From an uncultured delta proteobacterium (GTDB taxonomy: Bacteria; Myxococcota_A; Polyangia; Polyangiales; Polyangiaceae), in assembly GCA_963841435.1 (NCBI GenBank), contig CAWJCS010000002.1, positions 128,001 through 192,000 on the forward strand: 64,000 nucleotides of DNA. Direction: 5' to 3'. Positions 53,849 to 64,000 of the stretch are shown one piece after another; positions within the stretch are counted from its first letter, which is position 1, and each line of letters opens with the position of its first letter. The translations under genes were made by a program, and so were the position numbers. The notes below the pieces were generated by a model, which had not been told where the DNA came from, ran no database searches, and saw only the letters and a list, made by a program, of their open reading frames with translations.

Positions 53849-54400
53849 TCAGGCCGCCCCGAGAACGTTCGCCAGAGTCGTCCTCAGGTCGTCGAAGTCG
53901 AGCGGTTTCTTCATCACGGCGACGCTGCCGAGCGCCCGCGCTACCCGGTAGGTGCGCGCATCGCCGAAGCCCGTCACAACCACGACCTTCGTCGAACCGA
54001 GGTGGCGTCGCAAGGCGGTGAGCACGTCGATGCCGCTGAACCCCGGCATCACGATGTCCGTCACGATGGCGTCGTAGGGGGCTACCGGTGGCGAGGTGGC
54101 GTAGGGAGCGAGCAGCTCCAAGAGCTCGCAGCCGTCGCGTGCTTCTACGACCGAGCAACCGTCTTCCGCCAAGGTGGACGCGAGCGCGGCGCGGAAGTCG
54201 TCGTCGTCGTCCGCGAGCAGGACCCTCGGAACCCGCTCGTGCAGCAAGCGACCCCGGACTCCGAAAACGGTGGGGTGTTTCGGTGGCATGGGGTTTCTCG
54301 AGAGCATCGGGCGTGCCATCGTCTGTTCGGCGAGGACCCGCGCCAAACCCGCTGCATTTTCCACGGTCGCCCCGGACTGTGGCGGCGCCTCGTGCGACAT
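53849..54400 (-). CDS. Single-domain response regulator with N-terminal extension
   Basis: VLLADDD, VTDIVMPGFSG, VTGF, KKP. Start uncertain. Confidence 0.85.
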   Translation of the reverse strand: MSHEAPPQSGATVENAAGLARVLAEQTMARPMLSRNPMPPKHPTVFGVRGRLLHERVPRVLLADDDDDFRAALASTLAEDGCSVVEARDGCELLELLAPYATSPPVAPYDAIVTDIVMPGFSGIDVLTALRRHLGSTKVVVVTGFGDARTYRVARALGSVAVMKKPLDFDDLRTTLANVLGAA

Positions 54401-54454
54401 GTCGCAGTCCGACTCGCTTGCCGAGGCCCCGGCCGAGGTGGGAAAATCCAGAAA

Positions 54455-55807
54455 GTGACGGCGTCGGTCCTGCTTTTCGACCCCGAGGGGCTCGTTTCCG
54501 GTGCCATCGAGGCCGCCCTCGCGCAGGCTTTCCGGACCGAGCGGCGCCGTGATCTCGCGGGGGTGGACGTGCGCTCCTTCGACGCCCTCGTCGTTCCCGA
54601 AACCCTCGTGCGCGAGCTACCGGCGGCGCTTTCGGACGACGCGCGGCTCATCGTCGTCGGAGCGCAGCCATCCTTGCATGGCGTCGTTGCTGCGATCCGC
54701 GCCCAGGCACGCGACTTCGTGACCGACGAGCCCGACACAGTCGTGCGCGCCGTGGAGGGGGTGCTCGCGGCCGTCGATCTCGAGGCGCGCCTCTCGCGCC
54801 TGCGCCTCGGCATCCCGGTCCCCGCGTCCTTGCCCGAGCTCTTGGGTGAAAGCGACGCCATGGAGCGCTTGAGGCAGCGCATCCTGCGCATCGCCGCCTC
54901 GAGCGCGACCACGCTCATCAGCGGGCCGAGCGGCAGCGGAAGGGACCTGGTTGCGCAGGCGCTGCACGCCGCGGGGCCGCGCGCCAAGGGGCCCTTCGTT
55001 CCCGTGGCCTGCGGCGCCATCCCGCAAACGCTCGCGGAGAGCGAGTTCTTCGGGCACGTGCGTGGCGCCTTCACGGGTGCGATCGCTCATCGCGAGGGGC
55101 TGCTCATGGGCGCCTCGGGTGGCACGCTGTTTCTCGACGAGATCAGCGAGCTGCCGCTCGACTCGCAGGCCAAGCTCTTGCGCGCCCTACAGGAGCGCCG
55201 GAGCCGCCCGCTCGGTCAGACCGAGGAGGTTTTCTTCGATGCTCGCATCATCGCCACCACGAGCCGCGATCTGATGCGCGAGGTGCGCGCCGGTCGCTTC
55301 CGCGAGGACCTCTACTTCCGGCTCAACGTCGTGTCGGTGCGCATCCCGTCGCTCGCCGAACGCGGTTACGACGTCCTGCTGCTCGCGCAGCACTTCATCC
55401 GTCTCGCTTCGCGCCCGCGCGAGATCTGCCATGGCCTCACGCCAGCGGCGGCCCGCGCCCTGCTCGGGCACCCCTGGCCAGGCAACGTGCGGGAGCTCGA
55501 AAATTGCATGGTGGCGGCGCTCGCGGCGGCTCGCACCGACTACGTCACCTGGCTCGATTTGCCGAGCGGTCCCAAGCTCGAGCACGGCCCCGCGCCCGAG
55601 GCGACCGCGCTCGCGCCGCTCGAGGCGGTCGAGCGCTCCCACATTCTCGAGACCTTGCGCGCCGTCAACGGCAACCGCACCGTCGCCTCGCGCATCTTGA
55701 AGCTCGATCGCAAGACGCTCCAGCGTAAGCTCAAGCTCTACGCGCTGGAGTCCGCGGGCGAGCTGCCCGGCGCGCCGCGCGAGCCGCTCGACTCCGGCCC
55801 GGAGTAG
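54455..55807 (+). CDS. Sigma54-dependent activator (degenerate receiver, AAA+, Fis HTH)
   Basis: GPSGSGRD, ESEFFGHVRGAFTGA, FLDEI, FREDLYFRL, WPGNVREL, HTH. Confidence 0.9.
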   Translation: MTASVLLFDPEGLVSGAIEAALAQAFRTERRRDLAGVDVRSFDALVVPETLVRELPAALSDDARLIVVGAQPSLHGVVAAIRAQARDFVTDEPDTVVRAVEGVLAAVDLEARLSRLRLGIPVPASLPELLGESDAMERLRQRILRIAASSATTLISGPSGSGRDLVAQALHAAGPRAKGPFVPVACGAIPQTLAESEFFGHVRGAFTGAIAHREGLLMGASGGTLFLDEISELPLDSQAKLLRALQERRSRPLGQTEEVFFDARIIATTSRDLMREVRAGRFREDLYFRLNVVSVRIPSLAERGYDVLLLAQHFIRLASRPREICHGLTPAAARALLGHPWPGNVRELENCMVAALAAARTDYVTWLDLPSGPKLEHGPAPEATALAPLEAVERSHILETLRAVNGNRTVASRILKLDRKTLQRKLKLYALESAGELPGAPREPLDSGPE

Positions 55808-55828
55808 CGCTCGAGCGCATGCGCCGCG

Positions 55829-57235
55829 CTAGTTGGACGGTTCGTCCAGCCCGTAGCGATGCAGCTTGCGGTACAGCGTAGCTCGGTTGATGCCGAGGAT
55901 GCGCGCGGCCTCGGCCTTGTTCCAGCAAAGCGCCTCGAGCACCGTGAGGATGTGGTGCCGCTCCACCTCCTCCATGCTGCGACCGTCGCGGCCGGGTCCG
56001 AGCCTGATGCGTTGCCTGAGGCCCGTCGGCAGCTCGTCGAACCCCACTTCGGGCGAGGTGGTGAGCGCGACGGCCGCCTCCATGGCGTTTTGCAGCTCGC
56101 GGACGTTGCCGGGCCAGCGGTGGCGCGCGAGCTGGCGCTCCGCTTCGACCGTGAGCCGATAGGGGGCGCCTTGAGCCGCGCTCGCGCGGGCCAAGAAATG
56201 ACGCGCGAGCTCCGTCACGTCGCCCTCGCGCTCACGCAGTGGCGGAAGCTCGATCGTGAGGACGTTCAGGCACAAAAAGAGGTCGTCGCGCATGCTGCCG
56301 GAGGCGATGGCCTGCTCGAGGTTGCGGTTGGTCGCGGCGATGATCCGGGCGTCGAAAGTCACCTCGTCGACCGAGCCTATGGGACGCAGGCGGCGCGTCT
56401 GCAACGCGCGCAGAAGCTTGGGCTGGAGCGTCGTCGGTAGGTCGCCGACCTCGTCGAGAAACAGCGTGCCGCCCTTGGCGCGCGCGAGGAGCCCAGCTCG
56501 GGCTTGGCTCGCACCCGTGAACGCGCCGCGCGCGTGCCCGAACAGCTCCGCCTCCAGGAGCTCTCCGGGAATGGCCGCCGAGCTCAAGGCGACGAACGGC
56601 CCTTTGCGGCCGCTGGCGCGGTGAACCGCGCGGGCGACGAGCTCCTTGCCGGTCCCGCTTTCTCCCGTGATGAGCACGGTCGCGTCGCTCGACGCCACTT
56701 GGACGACGCGCTCGGCGACCCGCTGCATGGCCTTGCTCGAGCCGACGACGCCCTCGAGCTCGTGACAGGTGTGCGTTCGCGACGTGGGCCGCACGACAAT
56801 CGAGCCGCGAGCGCCCCGCTCGAGGGCTCGCTCGAGTGCCTCGCCGAGCTGGGCGAGCGACAGCGGCTTCGTGAGAAAATCGAAGGCCCCGGCGCGCAGC
56901 GCACCGAGCGCTACGTCGGTATCGCCGAACGCGGTCATGACGACCACGGGTAGGTGCGGGCGATCCCCGGCGAGCCGCCGGCAGAACTCGACGCCGCCCA
57001 TACCGGGCATGCGCACGTCGGTCAGCACGGCGTCGAACTCGGTGCGTTCGATGCGCTGGAGAGCGCTCTCGCCGTCCGAAAGCCCCTCGGTGGCGTAGCC
57101 GAGGTCCCCGAGCGCGTCGGTTAGCGCGGCCCGGGTGTCGTCGTCGTCTTCGACAATCAGCAGGCGCCCGGGAGTCCGCGCGCGCCGTCGCCCGGGCTCG
57201 TCCGAAGACGAAGTCAGCTCCCGACTCGACGACAT
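55829..57235 (-). CDS. NtrC-family sigma54 response regulator
   Basis: LIVEDD, TDVRMP, TKP, GESGTGKE, GAFTGA, FLDEV, WPGNVREL, HTH. Confidence 0.93.
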   Translation of the reverse strand: MSSSRELTSSSDEPGRRRARTPGRLLIVEDDDDTRAALTDALGDLGYATEGLSDGESALQRIERTEFDAVLTDVRMPGMGGVEFCRRLAGDRPHLPVVVMTAFGDTDVALGALRAGAFDFLTKPLSLAQLGEALERALERGARGSIVVRPTSRTHTCHELEGVVGSSKAMQRVAERVVQVASSDATVLITGESGTGKELVARAVHRASGRKGPFVALSSAAIPGELLEAELFGHARGAFTGASQARAGLLARAKGGTLFLDEVGDLPTTLQPKLLRALQTRRLRPIGSVDEVTFDARIIAATNRNLEQAIASGSMRDDLFLCLNVLTIELPPLREREGDVTELARHFLARASAAQGAPYRLTVEAERQLARHRWPGNVRELQNAMEAAVALTTSPEVGFDELPTGLRQRIRLGPGRDGRSMEEVERHHILTVLEALCWNKAEAARILGINRATLYRKLHRYGLDEPSN

Positions 57236-57265
57236 GTTCGAAACATGTGGCGGTGCAGAGGCGGA

Positions 57266-57281
57266 TGCAAGCTCGAAGCCC
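57266..57281 (-). promoter_or_regulatory. Candidate sigma54 (-24/-12) promoter
   Basis: Minus strand gGGCTTcgagcTTGCA = GG-N10-GC with TTGCA, ~30 nt upstream of ATG 57235. Confidence 0.4.
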
Positions 57282-57519
57282 CGCCTGGACGCAGGTTTTG
57301 AACGGGTTTTTGGCCCGGGCCGGCGTTCGGAAGCCCCCACTCATTCCAGATCACGCGAGAGGCCGTCGAGCGATCCGTCGGCGGACGGGACGGCACGCGA
57401 CTCGTTTCGGGCGCCGGCGCGGACGAGCGCTGATCCGGCCTGTCTCGCGCTCAGTCGTGGGACGGACGCGGCGCCGGCCGCGCTCGTGCCCTCCGCCGAC
57501 GCGCCCACGCTCCGACCAT

Positions 57520-57575
57520 AATACGATATCAGATTCCATGTCTCGATTAGATAGTTCGAATCGAAATACGATATC
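57520..57575. repeat. 11-bp direct repeat AATACGATATC x2 in AT-richer intergenic DNA
   Basis: Copies at 57520-57530 and 57565-57575 (45-bp period). Confidence 0.7.
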
Positions 57576-58014
57576 TGGGGAGGCGACACCGCATGGCGCG
57601 CCGCCGCGCGGGGCGCCCCTTTTGAGTAGTTTCGCTGCCACTAAAACGCTTCAGGGCGGCGGACGGAGACGCCGCAGGAATGCAAATGGGCGGCGCAGAA
57701 ACGCGTTAGTCGCCGCCACTTCAGAAATATCGGCGTCGGTTTTGCCGATTCTCGATAAATCCTCCGGATGAGTGGGTTTGAACGATCAGTGGATTTCTGA
57801 GTCGAAAATGCGTCTTCACAGTGGAACAAATCGCTCTGAGTGTGATCCGGAGCGCCCCTTTTGCCCCCAAAATCCCGCAAACAAGGAATCCTACAACTCT
57901 ATAAAAACATTGAAAAAACGGCTGTCTGCCTGATTATCTATAGAGTGGTTATAGTCCATACGAGATCGGGTTCGCGGGCATCGCGCGCTTCCAACCTGGC
58001 CAACTGGTGAAACG

Positions 58015-59857
58015 ATGGACAAAACAGGGACAACTGGACTGCTGATCGCAACCCTGCTCGTTGCGGGCTGCTCCGGGAACATCGGGCCCAGCGAAGGCCC
58101 CGGTATGCCGGGTACCAACAACAACGGCACCGGCGCGAACGGCTCCGGCGGCTCCGGCGCGACGATGGGTTCCGGAGCCAGTGCCGGCACCGGCGCCGGC
58201 AACACTTCATCGGGCGGCTCGGGGGCCGGCGTGGGCTCCGGAGGCACGGCCGGCTCCGGACTCACCGGCTCGGGTGGCTCGAGCGGCATGCCGGTCAATT
58301 GCACGCCGGGTATCGCGCCCACTTCGCAGATCCCGCGCCTCACGAACTCCCAGTACGACCGAACGGTCCGCGACCTGCTCGGCGTGCAGGTGCTCATGTC
58401 CGGTGTGCTGCCGTCCGTGCTCCTTGCGACGGACCAGGAGGCCGGCCTCACGGACCTCGGCTGGAGCGCTTACCAGTCGGTCGCAGACATGATCGCCACG
58501 CAGGTCATGGCCGACCCGACGTTGAAGGCGAACTTCCTCAAGTGCACTCCCGCCGCGGGCGACGCCGGTGGCTGCTTGCACAACACGATCGTCGACTTCG
58601 GTCGCAAGGCGTTCCGCCGGCCGCTCACGCCGGACGAGGTCGCGCGTTTCGACGCCATCGTGGCGAACGGCGCCGCCATCACTCCGTCGGGTGCCCCGGA
58701 CGAGGTGGCCCGGGCCCTCCTCTATCTGTTCCTCGTCTCGCCCTCGTTCATCCAGCGCGCCGAGACGACCGAGGTGTCGGACGGTGCTGGGCACTACAGC
58801 CTGTCGCCGCAGGAAGTGGCTTCGCGCCTCTCCTACTTGCTGTGGGGCTCGACGCCCGACGACGCACTCAACCAGGCGGCCGACACGGGCCAGCTCTCGA
58901 CCTCGGAACAGATCTTCGCGCAGGCGGAGCGCATGCTCCAGGATCCCAGAGCGCACGAGATGGTGAACACCTTCCACCAGTACTACCTGTTCATGGGAGC
59001 GGGCAGCCACTGGAATTCGGCTCAGAAGGATCCGACCATCTACCCGAACTTCAGCAAGGATCTCGTGCCGGCGTTGTCGGAGGAGACGCTCCTCATGTTC
59101 GACGACATCGCCTTCGCCCCCGGTGCGACGTTCGCGGACTTCTTCCTGAGCCCGATCGCCTACGTCAACAAGGCCACGGCGCCGCTCTACGGGCTCGATC
59201 CGAACGCGTACGGCACCGACCTCACGCAGGTGACGCTGGATCCGAACACCAGGCCGGGCTTCCTCACGCGCGCCGGCTTCCTCAGCAACTTCGCCGGCTT
59301 CGTGCGCACGTCGCCCATCTTGCGTGGTGCTTTCATCACCAAGCAGGTGCTTGGCATCCACATCGATGCTCCTCCTCCCGGCGCCGAGCAAACGCCCCTG
59401 CCGACGGGCCCCGAGCTCGACACCACCCGCAAGATCTTCGACGCGCTCACGGCGGGTCCGGACTGCGCGGGCTGCCACCATGGGTACATCAACCCGCCCG
59501 GTTTCGTGATGGAGGCCTTCGACGCCGTCGGTGCCTTCCAGACGGTGGAGAGGGACACGCAGGTCCCCCTCGACATCACGGCCGACGTGACCATCACGGA
59601 CGGTGTGGATCCGGTTCACATCACGACCCCCGCGGAGCTCATGCAGGCGATCGCCACATCGCCCGGCGCCATGCGCCAGTACGCACAGAAGTGGGTCAGC
59701 TTCGCGTACGAGCGCGAGTCGGATCCCGTTCAACGCCTGCACGGTAGACAACCTCGCGGCCAAGATGACCGCAGGCGGCTACACCGTGCTCAACCTGATC
59801 ACCGATCTCACACAGACTCAATCGTTCCGAGTCCGAGCCGTAGAAGGTGTGCAATGA
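58015..59857 (+). CDS. DUF1592-family lipoprotein, second copy; frameshift at ~59729
   Basis: VAGC lipobox, Gly-rich linker, RLTNSQY, AFRRPL, ASRLSY, TSPILRG, CAGCH. True C-terminus (NACTVDNLAAK...QSFRVRAVEGVQ*) lies in the next frame. Confidence 0.88.
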
Positions 59858-61443
59858 ACTCGCTCAATCGAAGACTCTTTCTCAAAGGTGTGGCGGGCGC
59901 CGCGCTGGCGGCACCGTTCCTGCCCTCCCTTCACGAGAAATGGGCCAAGGCCCAGGGCGTCGCCGCCACCGCGCCGAAGCGCCTGGTCGTCTTCTACACG
60001 CACAACGGCTGCCTCACGAACCGCTGGTTCCCCAAGAAGGAGGACGGCGCGCTCACGGCGGCCGACCTCGCCGGCACGTACCTCGAGGTGCTCGCGCCGC
60101 ACGTCGACAAGCTGCTCATCCCGCGTGGCTTCCGGTCGCTCAACGAATACGCCCGGGGGCAGTCCATCGACCCGCACGACCAGGCGATGGGCTCGAAGCT
60201 CACCTGCGACGTGATCTCGACGGCCAGGGAGCGCTACGCGACGACGATGTCGCTCGACCACATCATCGCCAAGCAGATCAACCCCGGCGCCAAGACGCCA
60301 ATGGTGCTCGGCGTCGGTGCGGCCAGCACGAGCATCAAGGAAGTGCTCTCGTTCTCGGGTCCGGAGCAGGCCTACCCGGCCAACGTGAACCCGCAGACCG
60401 TGTACACCCAGCTCACGGGCGTGCTCGGCACGGGCGGCGGCCAGGATCCCGTGACTCCGGCCGACTACAAGGTCGCGCTGGGCAAGAGCGTCATCGATCT
60501 GGTGAGCGAAGACCTCAATACCTACAAGCGCCTCAACATGAGCTCGGCGGACCAGACGCGCATCGACAACTGGCTCTCCCTGCTTCGTGACACCGAGGTG
60601 GGCGTCAACGACCCCACGGTCGCCGGCGCCTGCACGCGCCTCGCGGCCGACATGCTCGGCGCGACGGACGCAGAGGTCGCGGCCGCGAGCCCGACGGGCA
60701 AGATCACGCCGGGCAACGTGCTCGGCCCCACGGGTACCCCCGAGGGCGACGCGAACCTCGCGACCTCCTTCACCAAGGGCACGGACATGATGCAGAACCT
60801 CATGGCTCTGAACATGATCTGTGACCAAAACCGCGTGCTGATGCTCGTGTTCCCGGGTTACGTCACGTTCAACTGGGACGACATCCACCACACGAAGGAG
60901 CACCACGGTCTCTCGCACCGCACGGGCGACTTCACGGTGGGTGGTAGCTGCTACCAGGGCGTGCTCGACATGATCGCCCAGATCGATACCTGGTACACCG
61001 GCAAGTACAACCGGCTCGTTACGCTGCTCAAGAGCATCGGTGAGGGCGACGCGACGCTACTCGACAACACGGCGACCATCTGGCTGCCGGAGCTGTCGGA
61101 CGGCGCGGCGCACAATCAGAACAACCTGCCCATCATCATGGCGGGCAGCATGGGCGGTTACTTCAAGCAGGGCGCCGTCGTGAACGTCGAGGGCAAGAAC
61201 GCCATCGGTGTCGGGTCGAGCGAGAGCTCCTGCCAGAGCGGCGGCACCATCGGCTTTACCGGCTCGAGCGGAGGCAACCTCCCCATCAACAAGCTCTACG
61301 TGACGCTCATGAACGCGCTCGGCTGCACGCAGGACGGCACCCCAGGCGGCCCCCCGGTCACCACGTTCGGTGCGTTCGACGGCACCAGCGCGAGCGGCGG
61401 CATCACCAATCCCGGTGAAGTCACCGCCATGAAGGCGACCTAG
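59854..61443 (+). CDS. DUF1552-family protein, Tat-exported, second copy
   Basis: ATGA overlap; LNRRLFLKG, THNG, SLDH, CDQNRV, HHGLSH, ELSDG..H. Confidence 0.9.
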   Translation: MNSLNRRLFLKGVAGAALAAPFLPSLHEKWAKAQGVAATAPKRLVVFYTHNGCLTNRWFPKKEDGALTAADLAGTYLEVLAPHVDKLLIPRGFRSLNEYARGQSIDPHDQAMGSKLTCDVISTARERYATTMSLDHIIAKQINPGAKTPMVLGVGAASTSIKEVLSFSGPEQAYPANVNPQTVYTQLTGVLGTGGGQDPVTPADYKVALGKSVIDLVSEDLNTYKRLNMSSADQTRIDNWLSLLRDTEVGVNDPTVAGACTRLAADMLGATDAEVAAASPTGKITPGNVLGPTGTPEGDANLATSFTKGTDMMQNLMALNMICDQNRVLMLVFPGYVTFNWDDIHHTKEHHGLSHRTGDFTVGGSCYQGVLDMIAQIDTWYTGKYNRLVTLLKSIGEGDATLLDNTATIWLPELSDGAAHNQNNLPIIMAGSMGGYFKQGAVVNVEGKNAIGVGSSESSCQSGGTIGFTGSSGGNLPINKLYVTLMNALGCTQDGTPGGPPVTTFGAFDGTSASGGITNPGEVTAMKAT

Positions 61444-61492
61444 CGCCGGCTCCGCCTGGCCAGGCTCGGGCGCCGCGCTTTCTGCTCGAGCC

Positions 61493-62428
61493 TCAGGTGG
61501 CGCCGCCCCGCGGTGCGGCGCCGAGGGTGCCGCTCAATTTCTGTACGGCCAGGCTGCCTGTGCTGTCACCGCCTCGCGCCGTTTCGAACGGCGACTCACC
61601 GCGGAGCCACGCTTCGGGCAGCGCGGCGTCGCTCAGCAAGAGGTGCATCACGGCCGTCAGATCGAGCGGCCGCATGTCGAGCTCGAAGAGCTCGGCGAGC
61701 CCGAGCTGCAGGCCCGCGCTGATCGCGTGGAAGGCGCGGATCGGCTCCATGTAGGAGTGCCCTCCCGAGCCCTCCGCGAGGAAGGCGGCGCGTGCCTCCG
61801 GGTCCCTCAGGCGCGTCGCGCACTCCGACGCATCGAGCGAGTTCATGCCGCGGCACGAGAGCGGTCGAGCCTCGTAGATGGAACAGCTCGCCGAGACCAG
61901 GAAGGGGCAGGGGTGCTCGGGGGAGAAGCGCTCCGTTGCCGACAGGCCGCGTGTCTCGTCGTGGCGCTTCGCGACGTGCGCGCGAAGCGCCGAGAGCTCC
62001 TCGCTGGTTCGCGTCCGCCCGAGGTGATCGAGGATGGCGAGGGCCTCCGGCGCGGTGACGCCGACGGACTGGTAGCAGCAGTGGTCGCACCCGGCCTTGC
62101 AGGCGACCGCGCCGCGCGGCGCCCGGGCGAGCAGTCCCTCGGCGAGCCGCGACGTGCCCGACATCGCGTTCCGAGCGAGCGCGACCGTCCCTTCGAGGCT
62201 ACGCTCGCCGTGCAGGATGGCGTACGCGGTGTTCGCTGCGGCCGCCGCCACCTCGTTCTGCCAGGCCTCCTGGAACAGCGGCGCCGTGAGCTCCACCAGC
62301 GCCTGCCCGCTTTTTGGGTCGCGGTGGAGCCTGAGGTGCAGCCGACCGCTCGCGTCGCGCTGAACGCCAGCGGTGCGGGGCAAGCGCTCTTTTGGGCTCC
62401 TTTGCCGTTTGTCGCGCCTTCGCTTCAC
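61493..62428 (-). CDS. YkgJ-family cysteine-cluster (CxxCxxCC-type) protein
   Basis: CKAGCDHCC, CPFL, CSIYEARPLSCR; GTGA overlap. Confidence 0.85.
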   Translation of the reverse strand: MKRRRDKRQRSPKERLPRTAGVQRDASGRLHLRLHRDPKSGQALVELTAPLFQEAWQNEVAAAAANTAYAILHGERSLEGTVALARNAMSGTSRLAEGLLARAPRGAVACKAGCDHCCYQSVGVTAPEALAILDHLGRTRTSEELSALRAHVAKRHDETRGLSATERFSPEHPCPFLVSASCSIYEARPLSCRGMNSLDASECATRLRDPEARAAFLAEGSGGHSYMEPIRAFHAISAGLQLGLAELFELDMRPLDLTAVMHLLLSDAALPEAWLRGESPFETARGGDSTGSLAVQKLSGTLGAAPRGGAT

Positions 62429-62913
62429 GGGAGCCTCGGGATCGGCGGATGCCCACCGATCAGATAGAGCGGCAGGTGATCGCCCGGCTCGACGAAACGG
62501 GCGTCGATCTCGCGCTGTGCGGCTTCTTTCATGTGGTCGCACAGGCTCTTGTCGAGCGCGCAGGCTTGCGAGAAGACGGCCGCCTTTCCCTCGGGGTTCG
62601 GGTCGATGATGCCCCAGCGCACGAGGACGCGTGCCTCGAGCCGGGGATCGGAATCCGCGAGCCGGTCGAGCTCGGCTCGCATCATCGCGTGCACGGCATC
62701 GTAGTTGCCGAACGCCCAGACGGCGTTGGCCGCTGCCAAGGCGGGGGCGGCTTCGAGCGTCCGCTGCTCGGCCATGGAGAGCGCGGCGGTGGCCCGCTGG
62801 AAGATGCCTCGCTTCGCGTTCAGGTGCAGCTGACCCACGGTCAGGCCCACGGCTCCGGCAAGGGCAGGGCCGAGCCACCACGCGAGCCGATCGAGCGCGC
62901 GCCGGCGGTTCAC
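62425..62913 (-). CDS. Hypothetical single-TM protein
   Basis: GTGA overlaps at both ends; N-terminal TM; C-x6-C pair. Confidence 0.6.
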   Translation of the reverse strand: MNRRRALDRLAWWLGPALAGAVGLTVGQLHLNAKRGIFQRATAALSMAEQRTLEAAPALAAANAVWAFGNYDAVHAMMRAELDRLADSDPRLEARVLVRWGIIDPNPEGKAAVFSQACALDKSLCDHMKEAAQREIDARFVEPGDHLPLYLIGGHPPIPRLP

Positions 62914-63329
62914 GGGCGGCTCTGCCTTTCGAGCTGTTCGAGCGATGGGCGATCGCAACGCGACCAGTGCAGCTCGCGGCAGATCCCTTCGGCCTTGGTC
63001 CACTCGCTGTGCCCGCCACTCTCGAGCCCGCGCAGGGCAACGACGAGCTCGAACACGCGGGGGTCCAAGCGCGTCGAGCTCAGGCGTAGCGCCCGGACGT
63101 CGCCCCTCAGCAGGTCCCAGGCACCCTCGCTCGCCCCGAGGTGCTTCGCGCGGAGCGCGAAGCCCACGCGCGTCAGCGGCGTCGAGGTAGAGGGGCCGAG
63201 GAGCTCGACCGGCACGAGGCCCTGCGCGCCCACGAAGTACCCCACGAGGGCAGCTGCGCCGGAGACCGCGATGAGCGCCCTGAGCCCACGCGTCTCGCCT
63301 GCGCTCGCTTCGCTTTTCCCATCGGTCAT
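62910..63329 (-). CDS. Hypothetical single-TM protein
   Basis: TM LIAVSGAAALVGYFV; C-x7-C pair; coupled to the next gene. Confidence 0.6.
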   Translation of the reverse strand: MTDGKSEASAGETRGLRALIAVSGAAALVGYFVGAQGLVPVELLGPSTSTPLTRVGFALRAKHLGASEGAWDLLRGDVRALRLSSTRLDPRVFELVVALRGLESGGHSEWTKAEGICRELHWSRCDRPSLEQLERQSRP

Positions 63330-63507
63330 CGGTGCTTCGAGAGCCGCGCGGAGCGGCACGTTCGAACGTACCAAAGCTCGCTCTCCAGGCCACTCGCGGC
63401 GAAGCTGCTCGTGCGGGCGTCGCCGGTGGTCGCGCTCGCACCACGCTGCGGTTGGAGATTGACAGCCAACCTGCACGCGCGAGGCATTGCGCCCCGCTAT
63501 CGGTGCC

Positions 63508-64000
63508 TCAGAGCCTCGGCGGGGGTCCGTACAGGGTGGGGCGCCACGCGATGTAGCCACCCGCGGCGCCGCTCAGCGACTGCACGAGCTGTTGCGACGC
63601 GTCGATCTCGTGGATCACGCCGGCGGTCGAGAACACGACGAGGGTGTTGCCGTTCGGCAGCGCCTGCACGTCACCCAGTGTGTTGCTGGTCGTCCCCGGT
63701 GAATAGGCCCAGACCTGGGTGGCGGCGAACGTCCCCACCTCGTCGAGCATGTACTTGAACACGGTTGAACCGCCGCTCGACCCGTTGTTGAAGAACAGGA
63801 ACGTGCCGCTGCCGTCGTCGAGCAAGTGGTGGCCGTGGTTCACGCGCCAGGTCCCCGGAACGCACTTGGGCGCGGGGGCTCCCGTGCAATCGCCGCCGAA
63901 CTGCCAGAGTAGCGCGCCGCTGCGGCTCACCTTGATGTAGAGGTTCGGCTGGCGATCGCTGATCGTGTAGGTGTCGTCGTTGGGGTGGTAGTGGATGGCG
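63508..64000 (-). CDS. Arylsulfotransferase (ASST)-like beta-propeller, C-terminal part; runs off the right edge
   Basis: AIHYHPNDDTYTISDR, LWQFGG, NHGHH, FFNNG, GDVQALPNGNTLV. Confidence 0.75.
   Translation of the reverse strand, partial: AIHYHPNDDTYTISDRQPNLYIKVSRSGALLWQFGGDCTGAPAPKCVPGTWRVNHGHHLLDDGSGTFLFFNNGSSGGSTVFKYMLDEVGTFAATQVWAYSPGTTSNTLGDVQALPNGNTLVVFSTAGVIHEIDASQQLVQSLSGAAGGYIAWRPTLYGPPPRL

Noticed and set aside
58015-61443. 1142-aa DUF1592-DUF1552 fusion
   Set aside because: One extra base at ~59729 causes it. The proper C-terminus, stop, ATGA overlap and Tat signal mirror the two-gene copy at 1936-5231.

Overview
High-GC (~70%) bacterial window whose gene content points to a myxobacterium, probably Polyangiales (inference from DUF1592/DUF1552 pairs, a Ser/Thr kinase, DUF4388-J proteins, sigma54 activators and Pro-rich proteins). 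It holds about 45 genes. I found no rRNA, tRNA, CRISPR array or transposase. The main feature is an ~8.8 kb multiheme cytochrome locus (18937-27719) with 64 heme-binding motifs by my count. It encodes an outer-membrane beta-barrel, 12-, 15- and 27-heme lipoproteins, a NapC/NirT-type tetraheme quinol dehydrogenase, a small membrane protein, and a hexaheme lipoprotein on a 20-triplet collagen-like stalk. Together these suggest a quinol-to-surface porin-cytochrome electron conduit. Also notable: a zinc-finger/histone-fold protein (16815-17348), a catalytically degenerate caspase-like/TPR protein (<1-1602), two DUF1592/DUF1552 operons, a TetR-led LolCDE/MacB-like export operon with a palindromic operator, TamA/TamB, and several gene remnants. 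About 12 single-base frameshifts are present, most in GACGTC, GTYRAC or GATC contexts or homopolymers. I read these as systematic (likely methylation-linked) sequencing errors rather than real pseudogenes. All family assignments come from motif recognition by eye; no database search was run.
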